In this document: piece by piece, positions 41,701 through 59,616 of the stretch
Layout: each line of letters begins with the position of its first letter
Position numbering within the stretch: position 1 is the stretch's first letter
Notes under the pieces: model-generated
Database searches by the model: none
What the model was told of the DNA's origin: nothing
What the model saw: the letters and a program-made list of their open reading frames with translations, nothing else
Position numbers and translations under genes: made by a program
DNA from: Balanoglossus misakiensis
Lineage: Eukaryota > Animalia > Hemichordata
Reading direction: 5' to 3'
Length of the DNA stretch: 64,000 nucleotides
NCBI GenBank assembly: GCA_040954595.2
Contig: CM082578.2
Location: forward strand, 14,740,998-14,804,997

Positions 41701-44700
41701 ATGTATTTGCATTTTGTAGTTGTGTGTTTTGTGGTTTTATTTTTAATGATGAAAATCTCTCAGAGATTGAGGTGTTCCGAGTGAACTTTTCTACAGAATA
41801 CATTCTCCATTGTGGTTGATACAAAAGACATATTCTATGCTGTTTTAACGTACAACTCAACAATAATTCCTTTCAGTCATTGTGAAAAAAACCCGCATTA
41901 AAACCCTTCATTTTATTGTCAGTTTGACAAAAGCAAATTCTGCAACTACTTTATGAGTTGACCTCCAATAATTTTGTAAAGTCTATTTCTTCATGTGTTT
42001 GTGAAAGCTATTTTCCAGTCACAAGCAACAAATGTCTCCTCCAATTATTTTCTTCACCATTACATCTATAATTTGAGCCCCAAAAGACCAAACTCAAAAG
42101 ACATTCCATAACATTCACTATTCCTTTCAGTCAGTCATTTTGTGTGACTTTTTTTTTCAATTTCTGCCCATCTCACAATATTCCCAACACTTCTCCCAGA
42201 ATAAATTCCAACAGATTCCTGTAACACCACAAATTTGATAAATCATTTCATAAAATATGTTACTCCATATGGCTATGTCCCCTGGCTGTATAATCTTTGA
42301 AACAGTTCTTTCAGGCTGTGCAAAATCATAGACAAAAATAGATTCTTTCAGCTGTCTATATCAAAATTTATCAGAACATCTATTTTGTGATATTTACTGA
42401 AGTAAAATCAAAGAGCCACACATTTTAAATAACCATCAAATTATAGATGTAAATGTTTGATGTGTACTTGCTGTAGTGTTAATCGACAGATTTTGTCAAG
42501 AAGTAAGTATTTTTCAGAGTGAGAAACATTCATAACTATTGTTAGATTTGTAAAATATTCATCAGAATATTAAAGTAGATTCATGTTTCAATCAGCCATT
42601 AACTTCTAACGTATACTTGTATTGCTTGTTTCCTCCAATGTTGACCTCAGTTGAGAGCAGCTGAGAAACAGAAGAAAGCTGAAATGGAGGAAGAATTGCT
42701 GAAGAAATGTAAAGAGTCTTTAGGTAAAGATTCTTATTCCACTAACTTTGAAATCAAGAACACTCAAGGTTCCATTGACAATGACACTTGAACCTGAAGG
42801 CAAATATAGGAAATGAAATCATAAAGTAGTTTTCCTTGTAAATTGCTAGCTTCAATACGGCCAAGTGTGAAAAATCACACAAAGGGTGATGAATACATCA
42901 TGGTCGTGGCGATTGCTACAAACATATTTTCCCATTATTTCAGAGATGGACAAGCAAAGAAAGGCAGCTCGACAGGCTCAGATCCAAGCACTAAGACAAA
43001 AGAGAGAAGAACTAAGAACAGCAGAAGGCATACTACCCATTCCAGGGCCTAGACCTCTAAGTGTTGTCCAAAGTCGATCTGGTGAGACGGAGTCCATGAT
43101 ATCGAGTGGTAATGTGGACCTATCACGGGAAGAGACATTTATGAGTATGTTTTCCGAAGGTGACCTGACAGAGAGTCTCTTGGAAGAACTTCCAGGGCAC
43201 AAAGCAGAGTTGTATCGGCTGTTCGGTGCAAGGCAAGCCAATTATTTCCTGTATCCCAGGATTGAACCAGAGAAGAAGAAGAAGATCAAAGTCAATCCGT
43301 CGCTACGGAAACATGGAGGTTAGTCATTGTATCCATTCAGTACGTCAACTTTACAATTTCATGCAGTCTTTCGCCAATCCGGCACGCTCATTTTTACTAT
43401 ACTGTGAAAATATTGACTTGTTTTTCTGAGTTTGAATTAAAAAATATACAATAAAAGCCAGACTGTTGTCTCTGCTAACAAGTATAGACCTTCCAGCACT
43501 CCACAGATTGAATCGATTTCCCAAAGTAGCATTAAGTTAAGCAAATCATGTTTTTAAATTTTAGGTTTATGAAAAATGTACAGCTCTTGAATCCCCCTTT
43601 TGCTGGGGGAGGGGTCTATGTAATTTAAGTGAATCAATTTTAATGATGTCCACAAATTGCTACATTTTATGACTATATATTCATATAATGTTATTTAATT
43701 AGAAAAAAATATTTGAATTACAATTCCCTGTACAAAAATTTTATTATGGCCACTTCATGTTAAATTTAAAGTGCCAAATATTTGATATTTTAATGAAGGT
43801 TTGCATAATTGACAACACGAAAGGGAAGTAGCAAATGTATTGTGTGTGCATTTAACTCAATAATATGTACATATTTACATTCAAACATACCATTCAGTTA
43901 ACCTTTGGCTCATATCAAAGTACACCTGTTAATGTGCAATACCGCTCATGAATATTGAATTTTATTTCCACAGTAATAGAACTATTTTGCTGGCTTTGAT
44001 CCAGAATGAACTAAATTTCAAAATTTCCTGTATAAAATTGTTGGTGGTAACTGCATTTGTAAAAGATGTTAGTGGGAAATATTCTCCATAGTGACTTTTG
44101 AAATGAGGGGTGAAAGGTCAGCAGAAGACATGTTTGAAACCATAGCAACTATTTTTATCTTTCCTGTGTGTCTAAACTAAGTATGTGTTTCATGCTTTTA
44201 TTATCGACAAGGCTGTGAGACTTGCATTTTTACAAGTCTCTATCATTTTTTCCTTCTCTGTCTTTCTTCAGTGGTTATGCCTTTCTGTTTTTGAAGGACA
44301 TGACTATTTCGCTACTTCTTTAGAAATAAATCAGGTATTGATCTGTCAGTAATCTTAACCTGAATTCTGATTGGCTATCAGCATGACCCCAAATGACCCC
44401 TATCAGTGTTCTTTACACTTGAAATCCATCGGTTGATGCTCATGATTTTGTTCTGATTTTGTTTCACACATCATTTTTATGTCTGCATGAGCTGTCAAAT
44501 GTGGCATTTTAGCAAATGTGCGAAAAAGAGTAAATGTTGATTGAAAACCAGTGAGTTGAATTTGTGTCTATATATCTGAAGTGTTGATATGCATTATTGA
44601 TTGTAGTAAATGGCTCGCTTGATAAAGCAAGTATAATGAAATACCAAGTTTATATTTCATGATGTCAATCTAAGCTTCTACTAATGTTTTTTTAATTCAT

Positions 44701-46238
44701 TCCGTAGGGAGATCTGGGGCCAACACACTGTGGTCAGTTCTACGCTCTCAATCTAAAGTCAAATTAATGATGGCTGATTCTAAGATTCCAGCGGAACTCA
44801 AAGAGGCCTATGGAGCCTTCGTCAGAGAGTGTTTGACCCAGCGTAAAACTGTAGCAAAGAGAAGTTTCTACAGCGAAACAGAGGTTAGTATTAACTTTGA
44901 TGTTTAGAATTTAGAATTGGTGTCTTTGATCGTTTAAAATCTGATGATTCATTAATGATGTTTTATCTGGTCAGGTTCCAGAATCTGAGAAGATTCAAGA
45001 TAGCAGTTACAAGATGCGAGTCAAGGAAATGAGACACAAGATAGAATTCATGTTCAGGGCTGCACAACTCAACGAAGATAAGACCTCCATCTTGCTCTTC
45101 AATAACCCACCTCCAGATTTCAATGACTTGGAAGGCCAGGAAGGTCCATTCCGATATCATCCTTCATGGATTCCGGACCTGGTAAGGAAACACACCTATT
45201 AGTTTCACTTTTATATCTATGATGAAAGTGACAATTTATTCATAATTACATGTACTTGGATTGTTGATGGGATGAACCCCCCCCCCCCCCAAGAAAATAA
45301 TTAAATGACAATGTGGACTTGAAAGTTGGACTAACTGATATTTATGATTTCTATGTCAGGATGAAGAGGAGGAACTAGAGTATAAAAAGTGGTTGAAGTA
45401 CAGACCCCTAGATTGGCCCATGGTTGAAGGTGAGGAAGAAACTCCCAAATCCAAAGAGATCACACCACGGACAGACAAAAGCGAAGCCAAGACCCAGAAA
45501 GAATCCCGGTCAGCTTCACAGAATTCCAACGGCTCGGAAGAAGAGTCGGAAGACTCGGATGATTGGCTGATCAACATGATGGCGCACAAATCCGATGAGG
45601 AGGTCAAGGAAGAAACGCCGAGAGAGAAGCCACCACCAAAGTTGGTGTTTCTGACAGAAGACATGTGCCGACAGCCGGGACAGTTCCGGGAAAGACTGAA
45701 GAATAAGAAAAAGAAGGAGCATGCTCCGATGTTGGAACCCGTAGAACACCAGGAAGAGATGCCCAAACCACTCCCTCCAATAAAGGCCATGTCTGCCGTT
45801 GATAAAAGAAAAACATTGCCATTCAAAACACAAGGTAAGACATTTCAGATTGCAAAATAATTGCAATACTTCTGAGTATTCAAATTACTTGAACAGTTCT
45901 GTGTAGGAAATGAACTCTTTGCTTGGACCAATTTTATGAGCTGAAGAATACTGCTAGCAAACCATTTTCAGTGTAATATATATATCATAAGTTGCAGGAG
46001 ATTTTCACAGTGAATCATCTGATCTATTTCAGGAGGCACGTCACCTCGAACAGAAAGATCCAGGACAGCCCCTCCGGCCGCTGACATTCCATCTCCAAGG
46101 AATAAACCCGGCAGAAAATCCGACTGGCAGCCTCTGACCTTGAATGCATTGACGGAATATAAACCGGCATTTCCTGTGCAGGGAGAAGGGGATTTCAAAC
46201 ACGGTCAAGGAGAATTCTGGAAACCCATTCTGTCATAA
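20757..46238 (+). CDS. 656-aa protein with charged coiled-coil N-terminal half and TSGA13-like (testis-specific gene 13 family) C-terminal half. Exons: 20757-20845, 27726-27921, 38378-38551, 42651-42723, 42944-43318, 44708-44883, 44975-45181, 45360-45834, 46033-46238
   Basis: Nine GT-AG exons join with consistent phases (2,0,0,1,1,0,0,1) into a 1971-nt stop-free frame from ATG to TAA. Motifs KIEFMFRAAQLNEDKTSILLFNNPPP and WQPLTLNALTEYKPAFPVQGEGDFKHG resemble human TSGA13 motifs recalled from memory ([47 protein letters not shown]). Gene structure is more certain than the family call, and the first two exons are the least certain. Confidence 0.8.
26646..26699. repeat. Short interspersed repeat / MITE end terminating in GGG-TTAA
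   Basis: Similar to 221-272; ends gggggtgaaagggttaa. Confidence 0.6.
30993..31015. repeat. (CA)n microsatellite
   Basis: Run of about 11 CA units. Confidence 0.85.
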
Positions 46239-47734
46239 AGACCGGTGCATGCGTTGGATGTCCTTGTGGTTGACCACCGTCCATTCTAATATATTCTGGT
46301 CAGACCACTTCCTTTGAAAAGTCATTGCATATTCACAAGCCTCTATGGACCTGACAAAATGTGATGGCTGCAGGGTTTAATAATATGTGACCCCCTTTTC
46401 ACCATGACTGTTGTACATTCACTTGTGGTGGATTGCTGATATCACTTGAAAAGCCAAAAGAAGTATGAGTATCCATTCCTCTGTAAATTTTATATTCCAT
46501 TCAGAAACAAATACAATGTACAGGCATATTCTCTCTTTTAATTTCAAAGAAACCTACAAATTAATGATTAATTAATTTACAATATTTAACTTGTGAGGAA
46601 TTTGTAACAAACAGAACACAAGCTGTTCATTCACAGACAAAAGTAAATGAAATAAATATTTCTCCATAATATATATACATGTATATAAGAAGGTGAACGA
46701 AGTAAACATTATTTTTGCTGAGGTTTGTAATATATTTCTGTATTTCACAATGAATGTATTTCTGGCTCAGTTTTGTGTTCATTTTATCAGAACCACGGCG
46801 TGAACAAACAAAATTCTTGTGTTGTGATTATCTTTCACAAAATCAAACATTTGCAGGTACGTGTTTAACCGCCAACATTTTTGTGAAATAAAATTCTGAA
46901 AATGTTTAACTTTCAGTTGAAATATTTCTTTGAGGGACTGTAGGAATGATGTATTACCGGGGTAACACTATTATGAAGATCAGAGGCTATAAATATGAGA
47001 TTCCGTCCGATAAAAATAAACCCATTTCATCAAAATTTAGTTTAATATCAATATGACTGGTTTACAGCATTGTCTGTATTTTAGAAATTCCTATGCATTT
47101 GGACACCAAGTCTGTTATGTCTAATGATTTCCAGCTGAGATTTACATAAATTTTGTACCTTTATATTTTTTCTGTAAAATCATATTACTTTTTGTAAAAT
47201 AGACTACATTGTACTGTATATAGTGATGTGGTGCTAACACTTCTGTGTGCCAAAAAATTTACATTTTTAAAGAAAAAAACTGAACAGATTTCATGATGTG
47301 TAAAATTTGTGTGGCTTACTCCACGCCAGAATTCACTGCAATGGATGACAAATACTAACACATTTCTTTCCTAATTTTCCACCTTGAAATATTGATTGCA
47401 AACATTATGTGTTCAATTTTTTTTCACATTTGCTAATGAAAATGAAAGGACAACAAAGTATTACAGTCTTGAGTGGTGCTTGAATTGACATGCAAATTAT
47501 GTATTGAAATTGGCATTTCATATTCCCTGTGAAATCAACATGGCAGCCCTTTTGCACACTCAACAGACCTTCCTTAATTAAAATGCAAATATCATGATCC
47601 CACACAATAAAAACCAGTCCATTAACTGTTGCCAAGGCAACAAACATGTAATTGATACCAGAAAATGCCAAATAAAAAGTGAATATTGCATAGAAAGGTG
47701 AACTGCTGTCTCTTGTGTCTTTTTATTTCAAGCA

Positions 47735-48830
47735 TTATTTTTTTGGCATCCATGGCAGCCAGATTTTATCAAATCTGAATTTGTACAGTACTGAATATTT
47801 ATTATTTTTTAATTTTAATTTTAATATTATCATTGATTTCTGCATCAAAGTGGTTCGGCCGATAGTCCTTGATAGAATTTTTTTATATTCAACGAATAAC
47901 GATATTAGAAAAATTAGCGGTATAGTCAAGAAAATTGCCAAAACTGAAATTGCATATTTAATTTGACCTGTGAAATATTCCGGGTTATTTAGTTGTAATA
48001 TAAAACTATTGCTTTCATCAGAAGATGACCTCCAGGCATGAAAATTAAAAGGAACTGTCAGCAAATAATAAAACGTGCCAATGATATATACATGTACCGA
48101 GAATGTTTAAGCAACTGTATCCAAGTGAAACAGAAACACGATTAATCTATCAGATTTTTAATATTGTCTCAATGCTATCGCCATCAACGGTGTTGCCTGT
48201 CAGATTACTGGAATATGAGAGGTTATAGACCAATCTTTACATTACTAGTATAATAGCTTACACTGCATATTGTGATCCAGGTCAACAGCGTGCGATGCTA
48301 AAGAGAAAGGTAATTTCTGTCACCAGAGAGCGCGATGACAGAATTGATACATGTCGTATTTCACTCGGCTGGCCACGTGTAAACTAAACCAGTTCATCTG
48401 GCCTACATATTTTTGTGTGGGGAAAAGCAGACGTGCTTTAAAAAACTGCAGCAAAGAATTGTTAGGTTTAGTTGACCTAATTCAAAATACTAACCAAATT
48501 TCTACTGTAGAAAGCAGGTCGCATCGGGAGTCCCATGCGCATGTATAATTATTATTTATCAGATGTTGAAGTTATCTCGTATTCGTATTCATATTGCAGT
48601 TACAGACAAAAAGCCCACGTTTTCGTGTTTCTGCCAGACAACAGTTCATTCACAGCTACAAACCCAGACGCGTGCAGTTTCCCTAACGAACTACCGCACC
48701 GGAGAGCAAAGAAGCCTTACCTTGGCAGATGAAGATGCGTGAATATTCAAATGGTTAGGGAGTCGTTAGTACGCCATCAACGATGAAACGTGAAATACAT
48801 TTGTTTAACCTAAGTGTACCTATAAATACA
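47735..48830 (-). other. Candidate unannotated spliced transcript (lncRNA or small membrane protein)
   Basis: Chain of co-oriented splice sites: donor CAAG|GTAAGG at 48721; candidate mini-exons 48504-48495, 48402-48351, 48297-48262, 48114-48098; terminal acceptor tttcacag| at 47967; AATAAA near 47800. The region is locally CpG-enriched. No homology recognised. Confidence 0.3.
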
Positions 48831-48893
48831 AAATTACTTGGGATGCCCCTCAAAAAGACGCATAAACCAGTTCACAATATCAAAGCAAATGTT

Positions 48894-48899
48894 TTTATT
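48894..48899 (-). terminator. Probable ARF polyadenylation signal AATAAA
   Basis: AATAAA on the minus strand about 1.4 kb after the ARF stop, followed by GT/T-rich sequence. Confidence 0.45.
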
Positions 48900-50289
48900 T
48901 TTTCTTTGTTTCAACTTTAATCTACAAGAAATGCTGGTGTAGATGGTACAGAAAAAACTGATTTGTACAAAGAATCATCCGACAATACTTTGACAAGCAA
49001 CTCTACAACATTGGTTACTCATGACGTTAAAAATGAACCAAAATACCACATCCACTTTGAAGTGTACAGCATGAAAAATTGATAATGCAAGGTGACCCCC
49101 TGTGAAACCCCCCTTCAATACGCCTGGCACCTTGGAAAAATCCTGTAGTCTTCTTCAGGTGGATTTCTCCATTTAGGAAAGTTTACATGGAAGGAACTGG
49201 ATATGGGATTATCTATGCAAAAGGCTTGCTTAAAATTGCCTAGTTATGACCGTATTCACACTCCCTGTGCAAATTTTACGGTGGCTGAACAACCATGTTC
49301 CATAATTATCAGCGGTGTGGGTTGGCACAGTTCACTGTGAATTGATGTGTAGATTATTTCACCCTATCGTCATTACAATTCTGCAGTTCCCATCTTTCTA
49401 CATACATCAAAAAAGAGCATCAACCCTGTGTACATCGCTTATTTCAGCCAGAATAATCAGATTCCTGACAAAATCAAAAGGACCGGCGGTGCAAACCAAT
49501 ATGGTTGATATTTGGATATCAAAGATCACGATTCAAAGACAATAATTTTAATTATAGTTAAAACACTTCTTTAAACTAAGACTACATTTGATAGGATAAG
49601 AATTTAAGACATTTTCAAGAAAAAAAAAATCTTTCAAAACTTCCTCAAAGTATAAAAGACAACATACTTATTGTGTACAAGTCTCTTTGTTTGAATTCAC
49701 AGATGTGTATCATAAAGCTGATAAGTTCAAGTTTTAGTACCTGTTTTCTCTTTTTTTTTATATTTTGAAATCTAAATTCAGTGATTATACTAATGAAAAT
49801 ATGAAGCAAACCTATTTGTACACATGACTTGGTCACCCTACCCCTATGCTAGTTTGATATCCAAACATGCTGGACCCCCACACCACCCTCCCCCATTTAT
49901 ACTGTGGGCTATCTGGGATTTCAGATGAGCTCTAACATTGTCCAATTCATCTTGCAATATTTCCCAGTCATCCTAATCCATAAGGATTCTTCTATCACAT
50001 CATGTCTGGCATAAGAGAGAGATAAGGGGCAGAGAAAATTGTACAAATCATGCAAAAACAAGAAAGGGAAATTTACAATGAGGAAAATATCTTGTGTGTA
50101 AAGTACAGTTCAGTTCCTAAAGTCATACGGTAGCTGCTTTAGTTCAAATGTACATAATATTTTCTTTCAGAGTCAGAAGAAGTTCTCTCTGCCTTCTATG
50201 GATGTTTTCTATTATTTCCTGCACTCTTCAATGTGTTTACAGTCAATAAATAGATGGTTACAAGTTGGTTGGTCATGGAATTGTTTTTT

Positions 50290-52287
<1,998 letters not shown>

Positions 52288-52435
52288 TCTCTTTTTTGCG
52301 TTAAGACAGTTCAAATCGGAGCGTGGCTGGTGTAGCAAACGTCTAAATGAAGTCCTGATCGACTATTTTCGAGGAGAGAATCACAGAGAACGGTCTTGTG
52401 GGTGTTTTTCAGTCGATCTCTGACTACGTCGCCCC

Positions 52436-52486
52436 TGCCACGTCAATTTGATGCACGCAGTCCAAGATGACGTCACAACATGGCGG
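52436..52486 (-). promoter_or_regulatory. ARF proximal promoter: CREB3/UPRE-type site, CRE and YY1-like motif
   Basis: TGCCACGTCA at 52436-52445 (TGACGTGGCA on minus), palindromic TGACGTCA at 52468-52475, and CAACATGGCGG at 52476-52486; all 150-200 bp upstream of the ATG. Confidence 0.6.
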
Positions 52487-53498
52487 TTTGTTACCCATGA
52501 TGCACTACTTGACCCAGCTGCACTGCACTGCACTGTGTGGACAAATACTAGTATTTAGTATTCAAAAATAAACATAAACATGATTTGTGAACATTCCCAA
52601 ATTACAAAGACCTTTTTGCAAGTTTTTCATATGGGGGAAAATAGTTTGAGTGGCAGACTTCTCCATAATATGTTGCTGTATTCATGCAAAGCTGACAAAA
52701 TATATTTGCATCTGGCTGTATCAATAAATTTCTCAGTATGAAAGAAAACAAAATCAGCTTATTTATTTTCTATTTATTTGTCTGTTTTTAATATGAACAT
52801 ACTATATGTATATCAATGGAGATTAAGCTGTGAACTTTCCTATAGATGAATACACTATTAATACCAAAACATGAAAAATACAGGTTTTATCATGTTAATA
52901 CTTAGACATACATTTAATTGTGCTTATTCTAATTAATTAGCAACATGACGCATATTGAAATAAGGGGTAATCCATTTGATTCGGGGGTCTGGACATTTAG
53001 TGAGTGCTTGTCAACCGTGCTGTCATTGGATGATTGGATCACAACTTGAAACTAGGAAGACCTTGTACCATAGATTCTTCCATATATTTTCACTGCAGTC
53101 CTGACATTGAAATCTCCTTTGTTTGACATTTTGCATGGCCAGAGACAAACGTGAATGTATAGCTGATTACCAATCTCATCCATTGGTAAGCCCTCATATA
53201 TCACTTTATTAATGGCATCATTCTTTGCTGAAATGTACAGCTAAAACTACGAATACAAAGCATAGCAACATTGAAACAAATCACTATAATTAGTGATTTT
53301 CTATTTATTCACCACTAGTAACAGAGGAAAATAAAGCAAAAGAAAACTAATTTAAAGTGAAGACATGAATAAAGTCAAACACTAATGCCCACAATGAGCT
53401 CATGGATGTTGACAGTAATGAAAATTTTGTCTCATCCCAACATTTATAAAATGTACACAAGTTAGGCAAAACATGTCCAGAACAAGCTGTACATAGTA

Positions 53499-54101
53499 TC
53501 ATAAAGGTGGCAAATCTGTCCTGCTGATTTTGATTATCATCTCTAGTAAGTACATCTGTAACCTCACTTCCTGTGGATTGTTTGTCACATAAAATCCAGT
53601 TACACCTGCTCTCTCAAGTGTCACTTGTTGTTCACTGACTCTCTGGTCCAATTCCAAAATAACCCTCTGGTGCATGAGTTTAGTTTCCTCTTCAATTTGC
53701 TGATCAAGTAGGCGCTTTTCCCTGGCACACGTTGCCCTGGCAACAGGGAGGTGATGAGGTCGACTTTGGCAAGACTCAATGGCTTCTTTGTGTTTCTTTG
53801 CTAGTTCTTGTTTTCGCTGTTTGTGCGCGTTGATAACCCTCATTCTCTTCTCGTGGAGCGACTTCTCTGTCATCTGTTGAATTTCTTCGAGATTTCTAGT
53901 GATGGCGAAAACAGTTTCGTCGAGAAGGGACGAAGCGAGAAGTGAAAGCGTGTCGTAGGGGATTCTTTGTTGAAAATTTCCGGGTAAATCTCTGGCCATG
54001 TTTTGAAATTCACTGAATATGAAATAGTGTCTTTTCTGAAGCCTTTCTTTGCGCGCTATTTCTTCATTTACGGAGGCCACAAGGCTTGGGTCGAGATCCA
54101 T
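53499..54101 (-). CDS. DGCR6: DGCR6 / gonadal family protein, 200 aa, single coding exon
   Basis: QKRHY...LPGNFQQRIPYDTLSLLASSLLDETVF...LEEIQQMTEKSL...RPHHLPV...ILELDQRVSEQQVTLERAGVTGFYVTNNPQEVRLQMYLLE matches the DGCR6 family along its length. Start placed at caacATGG (54101); an upstream in-frame ATG at 54164 is also possible. Confidence 0.93.
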   Translation of the reverse strand: MDLDPSLVASVNEEIARKERLQKRHYFIFSEFQNMARDLPGNFQQRIPYDTLSLLASSLLDETVFAITRNLEEIQQMTEKSLHEKRMRVINAHKQRKQELAKKHKEAIESCQSRPHHLPVARATCAREKRLLDQQIEEETKLMHQRVILELDQRVSEQQVTLERAGVTGFYVTNNPQEVRLQMYLLEMIIKISRTDLPPL

Positions 54102-54802
54102 GTTGTGGAAATCACTGACAAAAGCTCCTTTGACCTTTGACCCAGTTGACCTGACAAACGTCATCTACCAATGTGTACAATCTTTTGTTTTTGGGTACCG
54201 CCCTCTATGGCAGGAGCCGCAATAACATATGGGAAGATCTCACCGTGGCATAGATTAGAAAAAAATCTGACAAACATTTGATTGAGTATCCAAATAAATT
54301 TATCACAAAAGAAATAGAAAATGTGATGTTCTTGCCCTAATTTTTCTGTTACAAGTATATCCACTCAATCAATGTGTGGCATTTTTCATTAACTGCAGTG
54401 ACAATCATCACAATAGTTTCAGTAAATCATGGCAGTTCTTGTATTGACAAAAGTGAATTCCTTACATGTCTGTGTTAATGTTTATTCCTGAAAATATATC
54501 ATCTTATGAATTACATAGAATTCATAGATACATATTGCAAATAATGATGGAAATAACTTGGTTTTTCACATACACATCCTTGTGAAAACATTCACATGTA
54601 TATCTGCTAAGAACGTCCTTCATCAACTTGGCATTTTGTAAATGATAGTTTTTGAATAATTTGCCAAGTACCACAGCAGTTCGTATCTTTTAATGCCCCA
54701 TTTTCCCCATAATAATGGTATTATCTCTATGTATTCTATAGAAAGGTACAACCCATTTTTGACGGACATGGGGATGAGAGAGTATATTGTCACAAGTATA
54801 TG

Positions 54803-59091
<4,289 letters not shown>

Positions 59092-59552
59092 CTTGGAGTT
59101 TCTACGCAGATACAAAGTTGTACAACTTGCAAGTGATGTAGAGAACAATATTTTTCTTAATCACAATTTTGGATGGTTTTGCTGCCCAACATCTAATAAC
59201 ATGCAAAACCTTGAGCTACTGTTCATGTCTGACTATGCATGTATTTGAAGTATATTACTGGTTTATTGCCAAGTCTCATAAAATTAGTATGGGTGTGCTG
59301 TACATTACATTCCAGCATGTAGCATAGCAGTCAATAGCAGTTCAGACAACAGCATCACATACAGTGCATTGATGCAGACTGCAGAGTCTGGCTTGTGTTT
59401 TGCTTTTATCGAACATCTTATTTAACTGGCTGATTCTCAAGAGAAACAACACCTGTATACTGTATAATGTGACATACCTTGCTTGGTATAATCAGAACTT
59501 GGATCAACCTGTCTTGTTCCTTCGTTGTGCAATGTCTGTGTGGTGTGTGCAG

Positions 59553-59616
59553 GGAAGTACTTCCTGTTTGTAATATTTGCATATAGCGGTTCAAGTCATT
59601 TGCATATAGCGGTTCA
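59553..59616. promoter_or_regulatory. RTCB/PTER bidirectional promoter elements: ETS-type palindrome and duplicated octamer
   Basis: GGAAGTACTTCC at 59553-59564; ATTTGCATATAGCGGTTCA at 59575-59593 and again at 59598-59616. The two ATGs are 820 bp apart, head to head. Confidence 0.5.

Noticed and set aside
48557-48655. Box C/D snoRNA candidate on minus strand (GTGAATGA ... CTGA)
   Set aside because: The C box is non-canonical, there is no terminal stem, and I could not match a guide sequence to rRNA.
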